Shown: piece by piece, positions 55,801 through 64,000 of the stretch
Layout of the letters: each line of letters starts with the position of its first letter
Position numbering within the stretch: the first letter of the stretch is position 1
Assembly: GCA_951406725.2 (NCBI GenBank)
Contig: OX597829.1
Span: 2,542,001-2,606,000, forward strand
Direction of reading: 5' to 3'
DNA: 64,000 nt
From: Octopus vulgaris
Lineage: Eukaryota
Notes under the pieces: generated by a model
The model's database searches: none
What the model saw: the letters and a program-made list of their open reading frames with translations, nothing else
What the model was told of the DNA's origin: nothing
Translations under genes and position numbers: made by a program

Positions 55801-58800
55801 ATGGTGAGTGCGATGGTTGACGGGAGTGAAGGCAGCCTGATGGTGAGTGCGATGGTTGACGGAGTGAAGGCAGCCTGATGGTGAGTGCGATGATTGACGG
55901 GAGTGAAGGCAGCCTGATGGTGAGTGCGATGGTTGACAGGAGTGAAGGCAGCCTGATGGTGAGTGCGATGGTTGACGGGAGTGAAGGCAGCCTGATGGTG
56001 AGTGCGATGGTTGACGGGAGTGAAGGCAGCCTGATGGTGAGTGCGATGGTTGACGGGATGAAGGCAGCCTGATGGTGAGTGCGATAGTTGACGGGGGTGG
56101 TGGCGTCCTTTTGGTGAGTGTGATGGTTGACGGGAGTGAAGGCAGCCTGATGGTGAGTGCGATGGTTGACGGGAGTGAAGGCAGCCTGATGGTGAGTGCG
56201 ATGGTCGACGAGAGTGAAGGCAGCCTGATGGTGAGTGCGATTGTTGACGGGAGTGAAGGCAGCCTGATGGTGAGTGCGATGGCTGACGGGAGTGAAGGCA
56301 GCCTGATGGTGAGTGCGATGGTTGACGGGGGTGAAGGAACCCTGATGGTGAGTGCGATGGTTGACGTGTGTGAAGGCAGCCTGATGGTGAGTGTGATGGT
56401 CGCCAAGGGAGGCGGAGTCCTGATGGTGAGTGCGATGGTTGACGGGAGTGAAGGCAGCCTGATGGTGAGTGCGATGGTCGCCGGGGGTGGCGGCGTCCTG
56501 ATGGTGAGTGCGATGGTCGACGGGAGTGAAGGCAGCCTGATGGTGAGTGCGATGGTCGACGGGGGTGGCGGCGTCCTGATGGTGAGTGCGATGGTTGACG
56601 GGAGTGAAGGCAGCCTCATGGTGAGTTCGATGGTGGACGGGGGTGGTGGCGTCCTTTTGGTGAGTGCGATGGGCGACGGGTGTGAAGGCAGCCTGATGGT
56701 GAGTAAGATGGTTGACGTGAGTGAAGGCAGCTTGATGGTGAGTGCGATGATTGACGTGAGTGAAGGCAGCCTGATGGTGAGTTCGATGATTGACGGGAGA
56801 GAATGCTGCCTGATGGTGAGTGCGATGGACGACGGGAGTGAAGGCAGCCTGATGGTGAGTGCGATGGTTGACGGGGGTGGCGGCGTCCTGATGGTGAGTG
56901 CGATGGTTGACGGGAGTGAAGGCAGCCTGATGGTGAGTGCGATGGTTGACGGGAGTGAAGGCAGCCTGATGGTGAGTGCGATTGTTGACGGGAGTGAAGG
57001 CAGCCTGATGGTGAGTGCGATGGTTGACGGGAGTGAAGGCAGCCTGATGGTGAGTGCGATGGATGACGGAATTGAAGGCAACCTCATGGTGAATGCGATG
57101 GTTGACGGGAGTGAAGGCAGCCTGATGGTGAGTGCGATGGTTGACGGGAGTGAAGGCAGCCTGATGGAGAGTGCGATGGTTGACGGGATTGAAGGCAGCC
57201 TGATTGTGAGTGCGATGATTGACGGGTGTGAAGGCAGCCTGATGGTGAGTGCGATGGTTGACGGGATTGAAGGCAGCCTGATGGTGAGTGCGATGGTTGA
57301 CGGGTGTGAAGGCAGCCTGATGGTGAGAGCGATGGTTGACGGGAGTGAAGGCAGCCTGATGGTGAGTGCGATGGTTGACGGGAGTGAAGGCAGCCTGATG
57401 GTGAGTGCGATGGTTGACCGGAGTGAAGGCAGCCTGATGGTGAGTGCGATGGTCGACGGGAGTGATGGCAGCCTGATGGTGAGTGCGATGGTTGACGGGA
57501 GTGAAGGCAGCCTGATGGTGAGTGCGATGGTTGACGGGAGTGAAGGCAGCCTGATGGTGAGTGCGATGGTTGACGGGAGTGAAGGCAGCGTGATGGTGAG
57601 TGCGATGGTTGACGGGAGTGAAGGCAGCCTGATGGTGAGTGCGATGGTTGACGGGGTGAAGGCAGCCTGATGGTGAGTGTGATGGTTGACGGGAGTGAAG
57701 ACACCCTGATTGTGAGTGCGATGGTTGACGGGAGTGAAGGCAGCCTGATGGTGAGTGCGATGATTGACGGGAGTGAAGGCAGCCTGATGTTGAGTGCGAT
57801 GGTCGACGGGAGTAAAGGCAGCCTGATGGTGAGTGCGATGGTTGACGGGAGTGAAGGCAGCCTGATGGTGAGTGCGATGGTTGACGGGGGTGAAGGCGTC
57901 CTTTTGGTGAGTGCGATGGTCGACGGGAGTGAAGGCAGCCTGATGGTGAGTGCGATGGTTGACGGGATTGAAGGCAGCCTGATGGTGAGTGCGATGGTTG
58001 ACGGGATTGAAGGCAGCCTGATGGTGAGTGCGATGGTTGACGGGAGTGAAGGCAGCCTGATGGTGAGTGCGATGGTTGACGGGAGTGAAGGCAGCCTGAT
58101 GGTGAGTGCGATGGTCGACGGGAGTGAAGGCAGCCTGATGGTGAGTGCGATGGTTGACGGGAGTGAAGGCAGCCTGATGGTGAGTGCGATGGTTGACGGG
58201 AGTGAAGGCAGCCTGATGGTGAGTGCGATGGTCGACGGGAGTGAAGGCAGCCTGATGGTGAGTGCGATGGTCGACGGGAGTGAAGGCAGCCTGATGGTGA
58301 GTGCGATGGTTGACGGGAGTGAAGGCAGCCTGATGGTGAGTGCGATGGTCGACGGGAGTGAAGGCACCTGATGGTGAGTGCGATGGTTGACGGGTGTGAA
58401 GGCAGCCTGATGGTGAGTGCGATGGATGACGGAATTGAAGGCAACCTGATGGTGAGTGCGATGGTTGACGGGAGTGAAGGCAGCCTGATGGTGAGTGCGA
58501 TGGTTGACGGGAGTGAAGGCAGCCTGATGGTGAGTGCGATGGATGACGGGAGTGAAGGCAACCTGATGGTGAGTGCGATGGGCGACGGGTGTGAAGGCAG
58601 CCTGATGGTGAGTGCGATGGTTGACGGGAGTGAAGGCAGCCTGATGGTGAGTGCGATGGTCGACGGGAGTGAAGGCAGCCTGATGGTGAGTGCGATGTTT
58701 GACGGGAGTGAAGGCAGCCTGATGGTGAGTTCGATGATTGACGGGAGTGAATGCTGCCTCATGGTGAGTGCGATGGTTGACGGGATTGAAGGCAGCCTGA

Positions 58801-60392
58801 TGGTGAGTGCGATTCTTGTCGGGCGTGAAGGCAGCCTGATGATGAGTTCGATGATTGACGGGAGTGAAGGCAGCCTGATGGTGAGTGCGATGGTTGACGG
58901 GATTGAAGGCAGCCTGATGGTGAGTGCGATGATTGACGGGAGTGAAGGCAGCCTGATGGTGAGTGCGATGGTTGACGGGAGTGAAGGCAGCCTGATGGTG
59001 AGTGCGATGGTTGACGGGAGTGAAGGCAGCCTGATGGCTAGTGCGATGGTTGACGGGAGTGAAGGCAGCCTGATGGTGAGTGCGATGGTTGACGGGAGTG
59101 AAGGCAGCCTGATGGTGAGTGCGATGGTTGACGGGATTGAAGGCAGCCTGATGGTGAGTGCGATGATTGACGGGAGTGAAGGCAGCCTGATGGTGAGTGC
59201 GATAGTTGACGGGATTGAAGGCAGCCTGATGGTGAGTGCGATGGTTGACGGGTGTGAAGGCAGCCTGATGGTGAGTGCGATGGTTGACGGGATTGAAGGA
59301 AGCCTGATGGTGAGTGCGATGATTGACGGGAGTGAAGGCAGCCTGATGGTGAGTGCGATGGTTGACGGGAGTGAAGGCAGCCTGATGGTGAGTGCGATGG
59401 TTGACGGGATTGAAGGCAGCCTGATGGTGAGTGTGATGATTGACGGGTGTGAAGGCAGCCTGATGGTGAGTGCGATGGTTGACGGGAGTGAAGGCAGCCT
59501 GATGGTGAGTGCGATGGTTGACGGGAGTGAAGGCAGCCTGATTGTGAGTGCGATGGTTGACGGGATTGAAGGCATCCTTTTGGTGAGTGCGATGATTGAC
59601 GGGTGTGAAGGCAGCCTGATGGTGAGTGCGATGGTTGACGGGAGTGAAGGCAGCCTGATGGTGAGTGCGATGGTTGACGGGAGTGAAGGCAGCCTGATGG
59701 TGAGTTCGATGATTGACGGGAGTGAAGGCAGCCTGATGGTGAGTGCGATGGTTGACGGGTGTGAAGGCAGCCTGATGGTGAGCGCGATGATTGACGTGAG
59801 TGAAGGCAGCCTGATGGTGAGTTCGATGATTGACGGGTGTGAAGGCAGCCTGATGGTGAGTACGATGATTGACGGGTGTGAAGGCAGCCTGATGGTGAGT
59901 ACGATGATTGACGGGTGTGAAGGCAGCCTGATGTTGAGTGCGATTGTTGACGGTCGTGAAGGCAGCCTGATGGTGAGTTCGATGATTGACGGGAGTGAAT
60001 GCTGCCTGATGGTGAGTGCGATGATTGACGGGAGTGAAGGCAGCCTGATGGTGAGTGCGATGGTTGACGGGGGTGGCGGCGTCCTTTTGGTGATTGCGAT
60101 GGCTGACGGGAGTGAAGGCAGCCTGATGGTGAGTGCGATTGTTGACGGTCGTGAAGGCAGCCTGATGGTGAGTTCGATGATTGACGGGAGTGAAGGCAGC
60201 CTGATGGTGAGTGCGATGATTGACGGGTGTGAAGGCAGCCTGATGGTGAGTACGATGTTTGACGGAAGTGGCGGTATCCCGATGATGAGCACAATGGTTG
60301 ACGGGGGTGGTGACAGCCTGATAACGAGCACGATACGAGACGGGGGTGGCACAATGATTGACGAGGCTTGCTGTGGCCGGATGGCCAATCAA
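49854..60392 (-). CDS. Candidate repetitive His-rich protein exon (HHQAAFTPVNHRT)n, possibly pseudogenised or mis-assembled
   Basis: Long stop-free minus frames; recurrent variants often synonymous in the HHQ frame; no in-frame ATG seen and several frameshifts. Confidence 0.35.
49970..60370. repeat. ~10.4-kb GC-rich tandem array of 39-bp units (roughly 265 copies)
   Basis: Consensus gatggtgagtgcgatggttgacgggagtgaaggcagcct; variant units and block duplications; degenerate units at the right edge. Confidence 0.98.
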
Positions 60393-60534
60393 TAAAATTT
60401 TGCATCAGACAAAGTATTTCTCGTGAATGTCCCTCGACGATGAAAGATCTAACATTTCAATCATTGAATTAATGCATAAATGGCCAAGTATTACACTCAC
60501 TGGTGTTATTTTAAGAAAATAACATTGTCGAAGA

Positions 60535-60605
60535 AGCCACGACGTGGGATCGAACCAGGAACGTTATGGTTGCAAAACAAACCTCTAAGCCATTTCACCA
60601 TGCCC
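60535..60605 (-). mobile_element. Decayed tRNA-like SINE head
   Basis: Rev-comp ggcatggtgaaatggcttagagg...ctggttcgatccc. Confidence 0.5.
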
Positions 60606-60858
60606 CACCGACTAAAACCATCGCCATTGTTGGCAAGTGAATATGACTTGGTAGCATGTCTCAGGCTTTGCTGACATCAATAAAACACACACACTAACAC
60701 TGTAGGCCAACCAAACATTATAACGCACCCGTAACTAACAGCGCACATACATATAAATACGAGGAACAAAGTGTTGTCCTGAGGAATTCATTCGTCCGAA
60801 TTTTTCCAGAAAACTTCGTCTCAACTAACTTTTGTAATGCTTAAATAAGATAAATATA

Positions 60859-61547
60859 CGAGATGCGTTCAAAAAGTATTCGACTTCATTTTTTTCCCAC
60901 CAAAATTAATGCCGCGTAGAAAAGTCCTTAAGTTGGGAGCTGACGTCGACCTTCCTACGCATGCGCTGTTACTCTTCCAGTACAGATATTTAATGCGCGC
61001 TGGTCGTATTTTCGCTTTCACGCAAGCTGACCGAATGCATCGAACAGAGGCAATCATCACCAATGATGGTCTTCTTGAAGTCTGGTCCTGGTTTGCACAG
61101 TCTAGCATGTATCCTGAGGGATTTCTATGCGGAATTGCTTCTGCTACTCTGCCAGCATCTTGAGAGATTTACTTCACTAATACTTTCCGCATTCGTGAGC
61201 AATTTCCTGGATTGTTTCACGAGGATCTTCCATCTTTCTGCTTGTGGATGGCCTGCCTTTAGCGTACCTCGCTCACCACTGAAGTGGAGGCCATGTTTGA
61301 AGCAGTTTTACCACTCCTTCATCATCGCAAAGGCCTGCTGAATCTTCTGGATGGCTTGAGCTTGAGTATCAAATTCCGAAAAGAGCTCACTACACATCCA
61401 TACTCAAGGGATAACAGCCAGAATCTGACTCGGCTTACCGTCGGGAAAATTTTCACGCATGTTCAGGAAGAGTAGCATCACTTTCCACTCATGCGGCATT
61501 GGTTTTGCGGGGAAGATTAAAGTCGGATATTTTTTTAACGCACCTTG
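60859..61547. mobile_element. Mariner-type non-autonomous element
   Basis: TA|cgagatgcgttcaaaaagtattcgactt ... aagtcggatatttttttaacgcaccttg|TA imperfect TIRs. Confidence 0.7.
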
Positions 61548-61601
61548 TATAATTTTTATATTCCCGATAAGAGTCTAATATTCTATTATAAATCTAATAT
61601 T

Positions 61602-62101
61602 GTGACGTATATTTGCCATTTAAATATGGCTAACCCCTAAGGATGCTACTGTAGTTTGTAGCCCTAGGAGGACACCTCCTCCAGCTGGCTTTAGACCCGT
61701 CATCGGCGTGTGACAACCACAGTGTCGATGAAAAGTAGGTTCCCTTCACAAATACTTATCCCTTTTCCAGTATCATAAAGACAAAAGGTGTAATCAAGCA
61801 ATGATAAATCTTAGAGCGAGTTATAAACAGTAGCTGCAACACATCCCGCTGATGAGGGGTCAATAGCCAGAAACTCGAGTCCGTGTGTATCATAAGTTGA
61901 AGACGGGAAGGATGGCTTCCCTTTGCAAACACTGATAGGGCACAGAAAGTGTGTCTAAAGCCAGCTGGAGGAGGTGTCCTCCTGGGGCTACAAACTACTG
62001 TAGCATCCACCCTTAGGGGTTAGCCATATTTAAATGGCAAATATACGTCACGATGTGTTGCAGCTACTGTTTATAACTCGCTCTAAGATTTATTATTGCT
62101 C
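61602..62101. mobile_element. Fold-back PLE-like short element with minimal hammerhead and 12-bp TSD
   Basis: aaatctaatatt flanks both ends; 61602-61696 inverted at 61953-62051; 61798-61845 inverted at 62052-62100; CTGATGA...GAAA-ctcgag-tc at 61849-61881. Confidence 0.75.
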
Positions 62102-62395
62102 AAATCTAATATTCTTTTTATAAAAACTTCTCTTTTCTCAGATCGCTATTTTAGTATTTCCTAATCACCATCGTACCGTTTACACTGGTGACACCAAATT
62201 GAAATGAATCTTCAAGTTCCTAAATAGAACTGAACACTCTCGAATAGAATTGTCCATATTGGTAACCGTTTGACCAACGAAATATTCGTTTAGAGAAATT
62301 TTCTTAGGCGCTATACTGCGACATACAACCCAAAATGACCTAAAACCATTAAAAACATCTCTTGACAATGTTTTTACCCTTTTTTGAAAAGCAAC

Positions 62396-62477
<82 letters not shown>

Positions 62478-63389
62478 CAACGCTGAACATATTACGTCTA
62501 CAGGTGTAAAGCCTATCTTCTCTCAAGTCTGGAATATCGATTCCGCACTAACATCGTTATTTCCTGCTATGTATCGATCAATTGGTACACAGTTTCTTCT
62601 TGTAACCTATTCTTCTTTTTCTTTTGCAGCATTAATTATTGATTAATTTCAATGAAATCTGTGTTGGGACAGCTCTTCTTTGTCCGTTTATATTTCGTTA
62701 ATTTCCTCTGCCAGATGAACAATGTATATTTCTCTTTCCTGAATTTTTTTTATTCATTATTCAAACATTTTCTCCATTTTCGAAATGAATCTGCTCGGTT
62801 TCCGCTCAGTAACTTACATCTGTTTCTTGCTTTCGTTTTTATTTTCCTTCAAGATATTCGCCTTTTACTTTGTTTTGCAGAAAAGGTGTATTCATTTACA
62901 TGCACGCATGGACAAACTGTTTTGTGCATACACTCATATAAAGATAGGTAGATAACTAGATGCATAGGTCGATAGATACACAGATAGACAGATAAACACA
63001 TAAATAGATAGGCAGTCAGACAGACATATCATATATATCTCAGCATCCATTTTTTATTTTGATTTTTTGTCTCTTGTTTTTGTTTGTTTTGCAGTCTTTG
63101 CCCTAAATTTTGCATTATTGATACACCAAGTTGATATAGTCACTTTGACAAAAGTATTGATTTATACGTGTAAACGGCATGGCACGGCTGTTTGTTGTGG
63201 TACCAAAACTTTACCAGTTATGGTCTGATGTGTTATATCAGAGGCGATAGAGTTTATTTGAAAGGTTGGGTTGATTACCACAATGTTGGCTGTCGACCGA
63301 TTGAAAGTACCAAAAGATCTTTACATTTTCTCCCTCTGTTACAGCCACAGGGTGGTGCTGGTATCATTTTGTTGTTTGTTTATATTCCG

Positions 63390-63900
63390 GTTCAACACAT
63401 TGAAACTTTAAATAACAACTGGAACTGCTAAGGAATTTATAGCTAACACCTTGTTACGTGCATTTAACTCGGATTTTAGGACTGCTCGAACTCTCCTGGT
63501 CTTCTTTTTCATGATTGTATACTGAATGCCAGAGTCTTCATTTATTCCGAAAAATTTGCAAGTTTATTCCTGCTCAAGTTCTTCTATAACTGTGTCAACA
63601 TGTAACACCACCGAATGGGAGCTCTTCAGTTTCCCTTTCTGGAAAATGTCCTTGACACATTTACCATCATCAAATTCCACCCCGATGTCATCACTGAATA
63701 CTCTCACTGTGCGTAAAAGACCTTCAAGCTCATTATCGTCTTTGCCATAAGGTTTTAAGTCATCCATATAAAAGAGATGACTTAATTTCTTGAAGCCAAT
63801 CTTATACCCATACCCTGTTCTGTCAAGTTCACTTGTAAGAGGTGTTAGGGCTATGCAAAACATTAGAGATGAAAGTGAGTCATCTTTGAAAATTACACAA
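63390..63900 (-). pseudogene. Reverse transcriptase fragment of R4/Dong-like LINE
   Basis: IFKDDSLSSLMFCIALTPL...LSHLFYMDDLKPYG...FSDDIGVEFDDGKC; continues VLKSELNARNKVLAINSLAVP. Confidence 0.9.
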
Positions 63901-64000
63901 TTAATATTGTTTGTAGTCAGTATTCCATGTTATGATTCAGGAAGTTTGAAATCACAGGAAAAATTTTGAAGATATCCAGTGATTTCAAGATCCATGAATG

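Noticed and set aside
49970-60370. CRISPR-like appearance of the 39-bp array
   Set aside because: Units are contiguous with no unique spacers, there are no cas genes, and the context is eukaryotic.
50360-60395. Plus-strand ORFs (MVSAMVDGSEGSL)n
   Set aside because: Recurrent variants mostly hit first codon positions in this frame and each frameshift terminates it; likely the antisense shadow of the repeat.
60535-60605. tRNA-like head as a Pol III promoter driving the 39-bp array
   Set aside because: The head is decayed and T-runs on the minus strand (e.g. ~60516-60519) would terminate Pol III before the array.
62480-62880. Possible N-terminal R4/Dong ORF remnant next to (TAA)n
   Set aside because: Only compositional resemblance; no diagnostic motif seen.

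Overview
AT-rich, microsatellite-dense eukaryotic DNA, most likely intronic/intergenic. The SINE and repeat make-up suggests a coleoid cephalopod such as octopus (inference). I recognise no intact conventional host gene. The window is mostly decayed mobile DNA: R4/Dong-type RLE LINE fragments in (TAA)n tracts, Penelope-like (PLE) RT and GIY-YIG fragments, an L1/Tx1 remnant, four Tc1/mariner derivatives, non-autonomous Helitrons (one with a PIF1 helicase fragment, one adjoining a ~167-bp satellite) and many tRNA-derived SINEs. Two observations stand out. (1) Several short interspersed repeat families carry minimal hammerhead-ribozyme (HHR) folds whose catalytic 3-8 pair appears as C-G, G-C and U-A in different families; one family is also fused to a tRNA-like head. 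(2) A ~10.4-kb array of 39-bp units has a consensus unit that is stop-free in all three minus-strand frames, and its variation looks enriched at synonymous sites of a His-rich frame (HHQAAFTPVNHRT)n. All calls were made by eye; coordinates are approximate.
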